From contig JAJRSC010000014.1 of NCBI GenBank assembly GCA_024278985.1, positions 1 to 64,000 on the forward strand: a stretch of DNA of 64,000 bases, read 5' to 3'. The notes under the pieces are model-generated. The model was not told where the DNA came from and ran no database searches. It saw only the letters and a program-made list of their open reading frames with translations. The position numbers were made by a program, and so were the translations under genes. Below are positions 9,541 through 20,123 of this stretch, in pieces (the first letter of the stretch is position 1; each line of letters begins with the position of its first letter). The DNA comes from an archaeon. GTDB taxonomy: Archaea; AGJL01; Methanococci; Methanococcales; Methanocaldococcaceae.

Positions 9541-9684
9541 TTATTCTTTATTAAAAAGATGTTTATGTGCTTTATTAACATGTTTTGTGTAACTTTTGGA
9601 ATCTTTAAATAACTTTCCACATCTTGGACATCTTAAAAATACATCTCCATGTTTGTTGGTTATTTTTTCTGCTTTTAATCTCAT
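9541..9684 (-). CDS. Small C2H2-type zinc-finger protein (47 aa)
   Basis: Below the ORF-track cutoff. Reads MRLKAEKITNKHGDVFLRCPRCGKLFKDSKSYTKHVNKAHKHLFNKE*, with CxxC-x12-HxxxxH and a strong GAGGTGA RBS. Confidence 0.8.
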   Translation of the reverse strand: MRLKAEKITNKHGDVFLRCPRCGKLFKDSKSYTKHVNKAHKHLFNKE

Positions 9685-9799
9685 GTTTTTCTCACCTCAT
9701 ATTTATCTCTTTATTATATTTTTTATTAAGTCTAATAATATAATTAATTATAAAAAGTTTTTTAGTATATAAAACAAATATTTTATAAGATGTGAAAAG

Positions 9800-10714
9800 A
9801 TGATAACAACAGTTGTTGGTAGCTATCCAGTGGTTTTTAAAGAAAAATTATCCTTTAAAGAGAAAATATTGGATATATTTGGGTTATATGATAAATATAA
9901 ATATGCTATTGAAATAGCTGTTAAAGACCAAATATCTGCTGGGATAAATATAATATCTGATGGTCAAGTTAGGGGAGATATGATAAATATTTTTACTAAA
10001 AACATGTATGGATTTGATGAAAATAGAGTTATAAGTAAAGTAGAATTTATGAAGCCAATAACATTAAAAGATATTCTCTATGCTAAAAATATTGCCAAAA
10101 AGATAAATCCAAATGTAGAAATTAAAGGTATTATAACAGGACCATGTACATTGGCCAGTTCTGTTAGAGTTGAAAGTTTTTATACTGATAATAAAGATGA
10201 AAATCTTATTTTTGATATTGCAAAGGCTTTAAGGAAAGAAGTAGAAGCTATTAAAAATTATGTTAGTTATATTCAAATAGATGAACCTATTTTATCAACT
10301 GGTTTTATTGACTTTGATATAGCAAGAAAGGCAATAGATATTATAACTAAAGATATAAATAAAGAATTTGCTATGCATGTGTGTGGAAATGTTTATAATA
10401 TTGCTGAAGAACTCTATAAATTTAATGTTGATATTTTATACCATGAATTTGCATCTAATAAAAAAAATCTGGAAATTCTTGAAACTATTCCTAAAAAAAT
10501 AGGATTTGGATGTGTAAATACTAAATCAAGAAAAGTAGAAAGTGTTGATGAGATAAAAGAAGTAATAAATAGTGGTTTAGAGATATTAAAAAATAATCCT
10601 AATTTTAATAAAAGTAAATTATATATTGACCCAGATTGTGGTATGAGATTACTAAGCAGAGATATTGCATATAATAAATTAAAAAATATGGTCTTAGCAG
10701 CAAAATCAATTTAA
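9800..10714 (+). CDS. metE: Methionine synthase, archaeal core MetE-type (methylcobalamin:homocysteine methyltransferase)
   Basis: TTVVGSYP, SDGQ, ITGPCTL, QIDEP, HVC, PDCG zinc ligands. Confidence 0.92.
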   Translation: MITTVVGSYPVVFKEKLSFKEKILDIFGLYDKYKYAIEIAVKDQISAGINIISDGQVRGDMINIFTKNMYGFDENRVISKVEFMKPITLKDILYAKNIAKKINPNVEIKGIITGPCTLASSVRVESFYTDNKDENLIFDIAKALRKEVEAIKNYVSYIQIDEPILSTGFIDFDIARKAIDIITKDINKEFAMHVCGNVYNIAEELYKFNVDILYHEFASNKKNLEILETIPKKIGFGCVNTKSRKVESVDEIKEVINSGLEILKNNPNFNKSKLYIDPDCGMRLLSRDIAYNKLKNMVLAAKSI

Positions 10715-11749
10715 TCCCTTTAATTTATATCCTACATTTCCCCAACTGTCTTTTAAGCCAGTATATACTCCAATTATTGAATAGGTTCCATTATCAACCA
10801 AGTCATAAAGTTTTGGGTCTCCATAATATATTTTATCTGTCAAATCTCTTAAATATTCAGTATAATAATCTCCAATAATTTCATTGCCAAAGTTATAGGT
10901 TATATTTGTGGCTGTTGATACATTGAAATATCTTTCATTACTTAATGGAACTGAAGAGTTATAAGCAATATAAATATATCCACTATTAAATAAATCATTT
11001 CTACTTATATTAACCCAAATTACTGATTCCTCATTTTCTCCAGTTCTCCAACTCTCTACCCAGTAAGGTAGCAACTTATAACCATTTCCTAAAACTCTTA
11101 TTTCATTTGGAGAATTAGGATTATACATTTCTGAGTAGTTAAAATTATTTTTAGTTAGTGTAATATTAAATATGTAATAGTTATTTCCTCTTAAAAATAC
11201 ATTAACTTTTAAATAATTATGCCAGGTATAGGAAGCATTTAAGTATCCATAAGGGTCAGGAACTTTAAATAATTTTACATTTTTATTAATTGTAATATCT
11301 TGTTCTGGGAAAATATATACATTCTTTAAATTTAATTGGGGATATCTAATATTTATTTTCATTTGTATATTAACAATTAATGGGTTGTTAGTTGGAGAAA
11401 TATTAATTTCTTCTATCTTTATTGTTGTATTATTTGGTAAAATATTGCTTAAACTTTTATTTATTTGATTTTTTATATATTCTTTAATATAATTTAAAGC
11501 ATCTTCTTTATTATTAAAATATTCCCCACTATTCATAATTTTATAACTAGTATTAATAAATGCTGAAAGTACTATTTTATCAATATTATTATTTATAGAG
11601 CTGTTTATATTTTCTTTAATTAAAGAGTATTTTTTAATTTTTAATTCATCTTCAACTTGATTAGTTTTTAAATCAATAGCCTTAAAAACTATAACTGTTG
11701 TAGTAAATAGAAGTAATATTAAAAAAATAGAAACTTGTGTAAAATTCAT
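10706..11749 (-). CDS. Membrane-anchored DUF2341-like domain protein
   Basis: N-terminal TM and the motif EIRV...LPYWVESW...VIWV. Confidence 0.6.
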   Translation of the reverse strand: MNFTQVSIFLILLLFTTTVIVFKAIDLKTNQVEDELKIKKYSLIKENINSSINNNIDKIVLSAFINTSYKIMNSGEYFNNKEDALNYIKEYIKNQINKSLSNILPNNTTIKIEEINISPTNNPLIVNIQMKINIRYPQLNLKNVYIFPEQDITINKNVKLFKVPDPYGYLNASYTWHNYLKVNVFLRGNNYYIFNITLTKNNFNYSEMYNPNSPNEIRVLGNGYKLLPYWVESWRTGENEESVIWVNISRNDLFNSGYIYIAYNSSVPLSNERYFNVSTATNITYNFGNEIIGDYYTEYLRDLTDKIYYGDPKLYDLVDNGTYSIIGVYTGLKDSWGNVGYKLKGLN

Positions 11750-11766
11750 AATCTTCCCTTTTGATT

Positions 11767-12669
11767 TTATATTTTATTTTCTTTAAAGATAGTTAATTTA
11801 TCATACTCATCTTTGGAGATTTTATATATATAATATTTTATATCATCTACTAAACACATACTTTTTATATATCTAAAAGATTTTTCACCATTATATTCAT
11901 TTAAAAATGCATATACTGGTTTTTTATTTTTAGTGACTACATAACCTACCTCAGAACCTACTATTTTTATTATCCCCAAATCTTGAAATGTTTCAGATAG
12001 GGAAATATTTTTTAATATAGTTGGATTTTTATCTTGGATAATACTATCAATAACTTTTTTGTAATCATCCTCCAAAAATAAAAATCCTTCTGGATATTCT
12101 TCTTTATATTTTTCAATATCTTCATCTGTAAGTGGTTTAATTCTTACCTCAAACTCACTAACAGCAAAAGTAGTTTTTAATTTTGAAATTGCCCTTTTTC
12201 CAAATAAAATTTTTCTCCCTATATATATTGAAAACATTTCTTTTTTATTTTTATATAAAACAACTGCTTTTTCTTTTTTAAATCTCTTTGGTTCAAAAAT
12301 AACTTTATTTGTATTTATGTAGTTATATATATCATTATATTTATTTATTATTATCCTACCATCTTTTAAAATAGGAACTTTAGAAAGTTCAATAAAAATA
12401 TCTTTTGTATCTTTTTTGATAAAGCTATCTAACTCATCTATATTTAACCTATATATTTCAATAAAAAATTTTTCTGGTAAGTTACTAATAATATTCTCTA
12501 AACTTTCCTTTCTGTTTTTATACTTAGCAAAAATAAGTTTTGAATTCTTATAAAATAAATATGAGTCATTAATTCTAATAACCCCTGTAAAATTGTGTAA
12601 AGAACTAATAACCTCCTTTAATGTGTTAATATCCCCAAATTTAGCATATATTTTTTCCATAGAATACAC
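11767..12669 (-). CDS. Conserved Methanococcales protein (DUF2226-like repeats)
   Basis: 300-aa ORF with repeated G.I.I...GY units; family assigned from memory. Confidence 0.55.
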   Translation of the reverse strand: MYSMEKIYAKFGDINTLKEVISSLHNFTGVIRINDSYLFYKNSKLIFAKYKNRKESLENIISNLPEKFFIEIYRLNIDELDSFIKKDTKDIFIELSKVPILKDGRIIINKYNDIYNYINTNKVIFEPKRFKKEKAVVLYKNKKEMFSIYIGRKILFGKRAISKLKTTFAVSEFEVRIKPLTDEDIEKYKEEYPEGFLFLEDDYKKVIDSIIQDKNPTILKNISLSETFQDLGIIKIVGSEVGYVVTKNKKPVYAFLNEYNGEKSFRYIKSMCLVDDIKYYIYKISKDEYDKLTIFKENKI

Positions 12670-12696
12670 TTATAGTTATTATAAAAACAAAAAAAA

Positions 12697-12784
12697 CGGC
12701 GCAGGGGGGGAATCGAACCCCGAGGGCATTGCCCTCGACGGATCTGAAGTCCGCCCCGGGCTACCAAGCCCGGTACCCCGCGCC
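12697..12784 (-). tRNA. selC: tRNA-Sec (anticodon UCA)
   Basis: The reverse complement folds with a 9-bp acceptor stem, 7-bp D stem (ccgggct/agcccgg), anticodon loop CT-TCA-GA, long variable arm (cgagggc/gccctcg), 4-bp T stem and G discriminator. This is the archaeal 9/4 tRNA-Sec fold. CCA is not encoded and a T-tract follows. Confidence 0.96.
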
Positions 12785-12835
12785 ACAAACAAATACAATA
12801 AACAAAATATAGGGAGTAATATATATACTTAATCA

Positions 12836-13333
12836 TTATAGTTCTTTTAATAAGTCTGATAATACTTCTTTAACTTTATTTAATTTATTTTTAAGTTCTT
12901 CATTTTCTTTTTTAAGTGCTTCAAGTTCATCCTGTAGTTCTTTAATATATCCAATTTTTTCCATTAATTCCTCTTTTTTAACTACAGCCTCTAAGAATTT
13001 TTCAACTTCTTCAACACTTAATTTTCCTTCTTTTAACAACTCATAAGTCTCATGAACCAATTTTCCAGCTTTAGTTTCTCCTTTCAAGTGCTTTCTTATT
13101 GTCTGTTCAGTTCTACCTAACTCATCAGCTATTTCTTTAATTGTATATCCTGCCTTTGCTCTTGCTAAAGCTCCTGCTGCTATAGCTAATGAATCAACCC
13201 AGGTAACTTTTTCAATAGGGTCTTTAATTAATTCAACTATTTCAGGTCTAAATAATGTACCTAATATTAAAATATGCTCTAATTGGTCTATTTCAGATTT
13301 TGATGTAGGTATTAATACTGTCATAACTTTCAC
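12836..13333 (-). CDS. Predicted archaeal transcriptional regulator (HTH plus coiled coil, COG1318-like)
   Basis: TWVDSLAIAAGALAR.KAG.TIKEIADELGRTEQTIRKHLKGETKAG. Confidence 0.8.
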   Translation of the reverse strand: MKVMTVLIPTSKSEIDQLEHILILGTLFRPEIVELIKDPIEKVTWVDSLAIAAGALARAKAGYTIKEIADELGRTEQTIRKHLKGETKAGKLVHETYELLKEGKLSVEEVEKFLEAVVKKEELMEKIGYIKELQDELEALKKENEELKNKLNKVKEVLSDLLKEL

Positions 13334-13544
13334 CCAATATACTACTAAAAATTTATATAGTTCTATAGATATTTATTATTTTTCGTTAAATATTAAATAT
13401 TTTATTGAGTAATTTATCATCACCAACTATTTTAAATCTTGAAGTGGTTATAATTGTACTTAATATTATGTTATTAAAATATCTAATAATAAAGTGTTTT
13501 TACATCAACTTATAAAATAAAATTATGTAAAAAATTGTTGGTGA

Positions 13545-14858
13545 GTGCCTATGACTAAAATTATTAGAAATGTTGTATGTCCATTTTGTGGGTGTTTATG
13601 TGATGATATTGAAGTTATAGTCAAAGATAACCATGTTATAGGAACAAGAAATGCATGTAGAATAGGACATGCAAAGTTTGTTCATTTTGAAGGAGCTATT
13701 AGATTTACAGAACCACTAATTAGAGAAGATAAAAGAGATGAATTTAAAAAAGTTGATTGGGACACAGCAATAGAGGAAAGTGCAAGAATATTAGTTGAAG
13801 CATATAAACCATTGTTATATGGTTGGAGTTCTTCTGAGACCCATGCACAATTTAAGGGTATTGAATTAGCTGAATTATTGGGAGCAGTTATTGACAACAC
13901 TGCAACTGTATGACACGGACCTTCCTTATTAGCGGTGCAGGATTCAGGATACCCCGTTGCAACTTTAGCTGAAGCTACTCATAGAGCAGACTTAGTTATT
14001 TATTGGGCATGTAATCCAATCCACGCCCACCCCAGACATATGACAAGATATCCAGTCTTTCCAAGAGGATTCTTTAGAGAAAGAGGTAGAAAAGATAGAA
14101 CTTTAATTGTTGTTGACCCAAGAAAAACAGATACTGCAAAGATAGCTGATATACACTTACAAATAGAACAACATAAAGATTATGAGTTAATTAGTGCTTT
14201 AAGAGCAGCTTTAAATGGTTTAACTATTGAAGCTGATAAAGTTGCAGGAATTCCTACTGAAGTTATATACCAAGTTGTAGATACCTGTAAATCAGCACAA
14301 TATGGAGCTTTATTCTTCGGAATGGGAATAACAATGACAAGAGGTAAGCATAGAAATATTGATAATGCAATTAGATTAGTTATTGACTTAAATAGATATA
14401 CAAAATTCATTCTTACACCAATGAGAGGGCACTATAATGTCAATGGTTTCAATCAAGTAGCTTCTTGGATTACAGGATATTCATATGCTATAGATTTCTC
14501 AAGAGGTTATCCAGTATATAATCCTGGAGAAACTTCAACAATTAATTTATTAAAAAGAGGAGAAGTAGATGCTATGCTTAATATAGCTGCAGATGCTGGG
14601 GCACATTTCCCACAAAAAGCTATTGAACATATTGCAAAAATCCCATTAATCTGTATAGAACCACATAAAACACCAACAACTGAATTGGCAAATATTATCC
14701 TACCTCCTGCCCTTGCAGGAATTGAATGTGATGGAATTGCTTATAGAATGGATGGAGTACCAATTGAACTGAAAAAAATAATTGAACCTCCAGAAGGAGT
14801 TTTACCAGATAGAGAAATAATTGAAAGACTCATTAAAAAGGTTAAAGAATACTTATAA
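13545..14858 (+). CDS. fwdB: Tungsten formylmethanofuran dehydrogenase subunit B, selenocysteine-containing (FwuB type)
   Basis: ORFs 13545-13913 and 13935-14858 are in frame, joined through TGA 13911-13913 in DNTATV-U-HGPS, the position of the metal-ligating Cys. Also [14 protein letters not shown] and PMRGHYNV motifs. The start is probably ATG 13551. Confidence 0.94.
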
Positions 14859-14860
14859 AA

Positions 14861-14882
14861 ATTTTATTTTTTTATTTTTTTT
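14861..14882 (+). terminator. Oligo-T tract, probable archaeal terminator after fwdB
   Basis: attttattttttatttttttt-type T-rich run immediately after the stop codon. Confidence 0.45.
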
Positions 14883-14892
14883 GGTGAATTAA

Positions 14893-15594
14893 ATGAGAGT
14901 TATTGGAATAATAGGATATAAAGATTCTGGAAAAACTACTCTTATTGAGAATATTTTAAAATATATGGATAATGTAGCTGTTGTTAAACATACAGTTCAT
15001 AATATAGATATTGAAAATAAAGATACATTTAGATTTTTAAAAAATAATGCAAATCTTTCTGTTATAACATCAAATAATGAAACTGCTATTTTTTTAAATA
15101 AGTTAAATTTAAAAGAAATTTTGGGATACTTATCTGTTTTTCCTAATATTAATTTTGTTATAATTGAGGGTTTTAAAAAAGAGCTTACAGAATTAAATAT
15201 TCCCAAAATTGTTCTATTAAAAGATGATGAAGGAGATTTAATAGATGACCATACAGTTTATGTTGTTGAAAATAACAACTACAATATTGAGGATATTGTG
15301 AATATTATTAAAGAAAAAGCAATAGTTCCAACAATGAATTTAAACTGCGGGCACTGTGGTTATAACTGTAAGGGTTTTGTCAAAGCTCTTGCAAAGGGAG
15401 AAGTTAAATGGGATGATTGTGTTCTTTCTTCAGGAATAAAACTTGTGGTAGATGGGAAAATTATCCCATTGGTTCCCTTTGTATCTAATATAGTTGGAGA
15501 AACTGTTAGGGCAATGGTATCAACATTAAAGGGAGTAGATAATCCAAAAAAAATTTATTTAGAAATAGATACTAAAAAATTAGGGAAAAAATGA
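14893..15594 (+). CDS. mobB: Molybdopterin-guanine dinucleotide biosynthesis protein B with C-terminal Fe-S domain
   Basis: GYKDSGKTT P-loop, VVKH, IIEGFK, CGHCGYNC...C. Confidence 0.88.
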   Translation: MRVIGIIGYKDSGKTTLIENILKYMDNVAVVKHTVHNIDIENKDTFRFLKNNANLSVITSNNETAIFLNKLNLKEILGYLSVFPNINFVIIEGFKKELTELNIPKIVLLKDDEGDLIDDHTVYVVENNNYNIEDIVNIIKEKAIVPTMNLNCGHCGYNCKGFVKALAKGEVKWDDCVLSSGIKLVVDGKIIPLVPFVSNIVGETVRAMVSTLKGVDNPKKIYLEIDTKKLGKK

Positions 15595-16109
15595 ATAGGG
15601 AAGAGTTAATAAAATTATTAAAAGAAGTTGAATGTGTAAGATTTGGAGAGTTCATTTTATCATCTGGAAAAAAGAGTAATTATTATGTAGATATAAAAAA
15701 AGCCACAACAAACCCAAAAATATTAAAACTTATTGGAGAGATGATAGCTAAAGATATTAAAGATGATAATGTTAAAGTTGCAGGAATTGAACTTGGTTCT
15801 GTTCCTATAGCTACATCAGTATCAATATTTTCAGAAAAACCACTATTAATTATTAGAAAAAAACCTAAAGATTATGGAACTAAAAGCAAGATAGAGGGAG
15901 ATTTAAAAAGTGGTGATAAAGTTATTATAATTGAAGATGTAACTACCACAGGAAATAGTGTTTTAAAAGCTGTAAAAGAAATTAGAGAATTTGGTGGAAT
16001 TGTTGAAAAGGTTTATGTAGTTGTTGATAGAGAGGAAGGTGCTGAAGAAAACTTAAAAAAAGAAAATATAAAATTAATTCCATTAGTAAAAGTTAGCGAA
16101 CTTAAATAG
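15591..16109 (+). CDS. pyrE: Orotate phosphoribosyltransferase
   Basis: FGEFILSSGKKSNYYVD, RKKPKDYG, IIEDVTTTGNS. Confidence 0.95.
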   Translation: MNREELIKLLKEVECVRFGEFILSSGKKSNYYVDIKKATTNPKILKLIGEMIAKDIKDDNVKVAGIELGSVPIATSVSIFSEKPLLIIRKKPKDYGTKSKIEGDLKSGDKVIIIEDVTTTGNSVLKAVKEIREFGGIVEKVYVVVDREEGAEENLKKENIKLIPLVKVSELK

Positions 16110-17538
16110 TTTTTAACAAGTCCAAAAATTTTTTTGTTTTTTCTTTTTTAACTTTTCCATATTTTTCAAGTTTTTTAATGTCTATTTTATCCTTTAATAA
16201 TTCTTTTATAGGTTCAATTAAGGCAATCTTTTTTAATAGTTCTTCAATCTCTTTCTTTTTAAATCCATATTTTTCAACTTTATCCCATCCATGAACAAGA
16301 TATAAAGCTACACCTCCAAGATTCTTTAATGGAATTTGATATTTTGGAAGTTCATTTTCTAAAATAAATTTAATACTTAAAACTTCATCTGGCTTAATAT
16401 CATCATCTAACTTCATCCAATATAAAAATCCTTTTTCTGGTGTAATCATTATTGATGGGAATAAATAACTTCTTGTTCTTTCATCAGGAGTTTTATATAA
16501 ATAAAAGTTAAAAATATCCTTTGAGAATTCTTTTAAAAGAATATCCTTTGCAACTTCTTTAGAAATTTTCTCTTTCTTTTCTAAAGCAGAGCTTAAAATT
16601 TCACTTGGATAACCATTAATATATAATCCTTCATTTTCTAAAATTTCCTTTATTTCCATTTCTTTTAATTTTTTTTCTTCTATACTTCTAACATCTAAAA
16701 TTCCAGAGTAAATATCATAATTGTCATAAGAATACTTTTCCATAATTTTTTGATACTTATTTAGAGCCTCTTTTTCCTCTTTTGTTAAAATTTTATCTAA
16801 TCTTTTGTTTATTTCATTTTCAATTATATCCTTATATCCTTTTAAATAGGATATTGTTAAAACTTTTCTAACATATTGGTCATCAATAATTTTATTTTTT
16901 GAATAATTTCTTTTTATAGATGTTATTATTATATTTCCATATTTTTCTTTTAAATATTTCTCATAGTTTTTATTTTCAACTTTTTCTCTTTTAAATTCTC
17001 TTTTTCCATCTTTAAATGTTAAAAATGAGATAGTATATGATGTTAATATTCCTTTCCCTTTTGGATTAATTAAACTTAAAAAATCTTTATATGTGGAAAT
17101 TAAATAGGCTGGTAGATCAGTAAGTTCTTTTTTATAACTTCCATCTAATGGTAAGTGTAAAAGAATTCTTTTATTTCCTTTTTCATCTAAAATATGCCCA
17201 ATAGCCAATTTATGGGCTACTACACTATGTTTAACTCTTTCTAAAATACTCTTTTTTTCTGTTGCAATTCTCTTTAAATATGAGCTGTATGTAGCTATCT
17301 CCTCTAAACTTTCACTATCACCTTTTAATTTCCCTATATTTCTATATGGTGAACCAAAACCATGAAATTCCATCTTATTTTTTAAATTTTGGAGAAAATT
17401 AAGATTCTCTTTTAGGGTATCTATTAATTTTTTCTGTTTTTCTTTATTTGGACTTTTAAGATAGTCCTCAATCTCTTTTTTTAAATTTATTGAATCTAAA
17501 AATTCATTGGCAGTTCTTATTAAATTACTTGATTCCAT
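16102..17538 (-). CDS. Conserved archaeal protein (DUF530-like)
   Basis: Long ORF with ERVKHSVVAHKLA and LFPSIMITP. Start placed at MESSNL (17538) to reduce overlap with cca. Confidence 0.65.
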   Translation of the reverse strand: MESSNLIRTANEFLDSINLKKEIEDYLKSPNKEKQKKLIDTLKENLNFLQNLKNKMEFHGFGSPYRNIGKLKGDSESLEEIATYSSYLKRIATEKKSILERVKHSVVAHKLAIGHILDEKGNKRILLHLPLDGSYKKELTDLPAYLISTYKDFLSLINPKGKGILTSYTISFLTFKDGKREFKREKVENKNYEKYLKEKYGNIIITSIKRNYSKNKIIDDQYVRKVLTISYLKGYKDIIENEINKRLDKILTKEEKEALNKYQKIMEKYSYDNYDIYSGILDVRSIEEKKLKEMEIKEILENEGLYINGYPSEILSSALEKKEKISKEVAKDILLKEFSKDIFNFYLYKTPDERTRSYLFPSIMITPEKGFLYWMKLDDDIKPDEVLSIKFILENELPKYQIPLKNLGGVALYLVHGWDKVEKYGFKKKEIEELLKKIALIEPIKELLKDKIDIKKLEKYGKVKKEKTKKFLDLLKTI

Positions 17539-18796
17539 AAATATATCCCTTAGAGATATCAATATTTTTTATTTTTGGTAAAGGAATCTTTTTATTTATA
17601 ATATCATTTAATAGTTCTTCAATATTTTTATACTTTCTTTCTGTAAATGCATAAACTTTACAATTTTTTATAAAAATTTTATCATACTTATTTACAAATT
17701 TTTTTACTCTCTCTTTTTTAAAAATATCTGGACCTTCCCTAAGTTTAACATTTGGTAATTCATAAACCAAAAATTCCCAATAAATATAACAAAATTCATC
17801 ATCTAACCAGCATTTACTTCTTAATATTCTAAATTCATGATTTTCAATAATTTTATTAATTGCTTTAGTAAGTTTTTCCAGTTGGGGATATATAATATCA
17901 TCTGATAATTTTTCCCTAACTATTTTTAAAATAATTTCTTTTCCTTTTTCTCTATTATTTAAATTTTCTTCCACTTTTTTTATATAGTTGTTGAAAAATT
18001 CTTCTGATGGATTTTCTAAAAATTGGTTAGAATAAAATATAAATTTACAATAATTTTCTAAACTTAAAGCTGCAGCAACATTTCTATTTATATCAACAGG
18101 GTCATAAACAACTAATGGCTCATTGAATTCAGGTAATTTTACATTGCCATACATCTCATATATATCATCTAAAATAATTACTTTCTTTTTTTTCCAATTT
18201 TTAGCATCTTTTAGTAAATTTAAAAAAGAACCATAATAAATTATTAGAAGCTCACAAAGATAACCAGAAAATCCTTTTGTCTTTACATCTGACCCATACA
18301 ATCCTAAACTTTTTAAAAATGCCTTTAATAATCTAACTTCATCACAAAGATTTTCATTTAGTTTATTAATTAAAAATTTATGATGTAATGGAGTTCTATC
18401 TACTGCTGAAATTATTTTTTCTCCAAAATCTATTTTATAGCAGGGTACTATATCTATTTTATAGTTATCAATATATCCCCTAACATATGGGTGTGAAGCA
18501 TAATTTATTTCATATCTTCCATTTAACATTTCTATAGCCTTTTTTCCTAACTCTAAACCAATATTTTCCAACTCATCTATTGATGTAGATTTATCAAACA
18601 AAATAAAAATATCAATATCATAACTACCCTTTAAATTTGTGTTTCTTGCAGAAGACCCTAAAAATAGGACATCAACAACATTATTAGGAGAATGTTTTTT
18701 AATTATATCTATTATTTTATTAGCTAACTCTTTAATTTTTTTATTTTCTTCTTCACTTGGTTTAATTCTCTCTAACACTTTTTTTAAAAATTCCAT
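17525..18796 (-). CDS. cca: CCA-adding enzyme (class I tRNA nucleotidyltransferase)
   Basis: GSSARNTNLKGSYDIDIF, YASHPYV, DIVPC, SAVDRTPLH, GFSGYLCELL, DPVDINRNVAAA. Confidence 0.95.
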   Translation of the reverse strand: MEFLKKVLERIKPSEEENKKIKELANKIIDIIKKHSPNNVVDVLFLGSSARNTNLKGSYDIDIFILFDKSTSIDELENIGLELGKKAIEMLNGRYEINYASHPYVRGYIDNYKIDIVPCYKIDFGEKIISAVDRTPLHHKFLINKLNENLCDEVRLLKAFLKSLGLYGSDVKTKGFSGYLCELLIIYYGSFLNLLKDAKNWKKKKVIILDDIYEMYGNVKLPEFNEPLVVYDPVDINRNVAAALSLENYCKFIFYSNQFLENPSEEFFNNYIKKVEENLNNREKGKEIILKIVREKLSDDIIYPQLEKLTKAINKIIENHEFRILRSKCWLDDEFCYIYWEFLVYELPNVKLREGPDIFKKERVKKFVNKYDKIFIKNCKVYAFTERKYKNIEELLNDIINKKIPLPKIKNIDISKGYIYGIK

Positions 18797-18849
18797 TGAT
18801 ATTTCACCTAAATATATAAATAATAGTAATTAGGAATTAGTATATAAAG

Positions 18850-19629
18850 GTGATAATAATGGATATTGTTGATTATATAAAAGATGGATATAGGTATATA
18901 GTTAATAATCTTAATAAACTTATTGTTGGTATGGGTATTTATGGGATTATTGGGCTAATTTTTGGAGGACTTCAGGGATATATTAATATACATAAATATG
19001 ACTTACATACCATATTAACATTTTTAAGTATATTTATATTTTTAATGTTAATAATGTTTATTGTTGGAATTCTTATAACAGGTTATTTAGTTAGAATATG
19101 TAAAAAAACTGTTGAAGGTTATGATGAAGCACCTGATTGGGATAATATAGGAGAATTGTTAATAACTGGTTTTATTGGGATAATTGGAATATTTATATTA
19201 TCAATTATATTCTTTATAATTCCTATAATTATAATAGCATTAGGAATATTTACCATGCCTATTGGATTTATATTCTTTACTATTGGATTAGTTTTATTTT
19301 TTATTTTAATGATTATATACTACCTTTATCAGCCATTGGCATTTGTAAATTATTCTGTAAAAGGATTTTCTGGATTTTTTGAGTTTAAAAAAATCTTTAA
19401 AAATATTTTATCTTTAAAATATCTTATACTATTATTTATTATATTTGTAATTACTCTATGTATTGGAGTTATATTTGAAATATTTATATTTATCCTATTA
19501 ATTGTTAAAAATTCATCTTTATACATTATTATAAATGCAATTATTGAAGGAATACAATTACCAATATCTTTCTTATTATCTGTATTTACATATAGAATAG
19601 TTTCAAACTATTATAAAGAAAAAAATTAA
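18850..19629 (+). CDS. DUF4013-like membrane protein
   Basis: GYLVRI...G.DEAPDWDNIGELLITG and multiple TM helices. Confidence 0.75.
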   Translation: MIIMDIVDYIKDGYRYIVNNLNKLIVGMGIYGIIGLIFGGLQGYINIHKYDLHTILTFLSIFIFLMLIMFIVGILITGYLVRICKKTVEGYDEAPDWDNIGELLITGFIGIIGIFILSIIFFIIPIIIIALGIFTMPIGFIFFTIGLVLFFILMIIYYLYQPLAFVNYSVKGFSGFFEFKKIFKNILSLKYLILLFIIFVITLCIGVIFEIFIFILLIVKNSSLYIIINAIIEGIQLPISFLLSVFTYRIVSNYYKEKN

Positions 19630-20052
19630 TTATTTTAACTGTTCTAAAATTATTGATGGGCAGATTTTTTTAACTCCTTCAATTTTTCCAAGTTTATTAA
19701 ATATTAAATCAGAAAACTCTTTTCCATCCTTTGCCCAAATTTCTGCCATAATCATATGGTCTCCAGTAGATGTAAAGACCTTTTTTACTTCATCAAATTT
19801 ACAAAGTTCTTTTGCAACATATAAAAATTTATCAGGTTCAGTATCAAAACCTGTCAAAGCCACAACATTATAACCTACTTTAGAAGGGTCAATAATAGCA
19901 GTATATCCTTTTATAACTCCTTCCTCTTCTAACTTTTTAATTCTTTTTCTTACTGAACTTTCACTTGTTCCTAATTCTTTAGCTATATCTGTATATGATT
20001 TTCTACCATCTTTAAGAAGAATATTTATAATTTTCATATCTTTTTCGTCCAT
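19630..20052 (-). CDS. ptr2: Lrp/AsnC family transcriptional activator Ptr2
   Basis: [47 protein letters not shown], divergent from a ferredoxin as in Methanocaldococcus. Confidence 0.85.
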   Translation of the reverse strand: MDEKDMKIINILLKDGRKSYTDIAKELGTSESSVRKRIKKLEEEGVIKGYTAIIDPSKVGYNVVALTGFDTEPDKFLYVAKELCKFDEVKKVFTSTGDHMIMAEIWAKDGKEFSDLIFNKLGKIEGVKKICPSIILEQLK

Positions 20053-20123
20053 ATTATCACAAAAATATTTATTGTGTTAATTTATAATTATACAATAAAT
20101 AATATATAAACGGGTAGTAATAA

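Noticed and set aside
13911-13913. TGA in fwdB as a pseudogenising nonsense mutation
   Set aside because: It falls exactly at the Cys/Sec metal ligand and tRNA-Sec is present, so selenocysteine recoding explains it.
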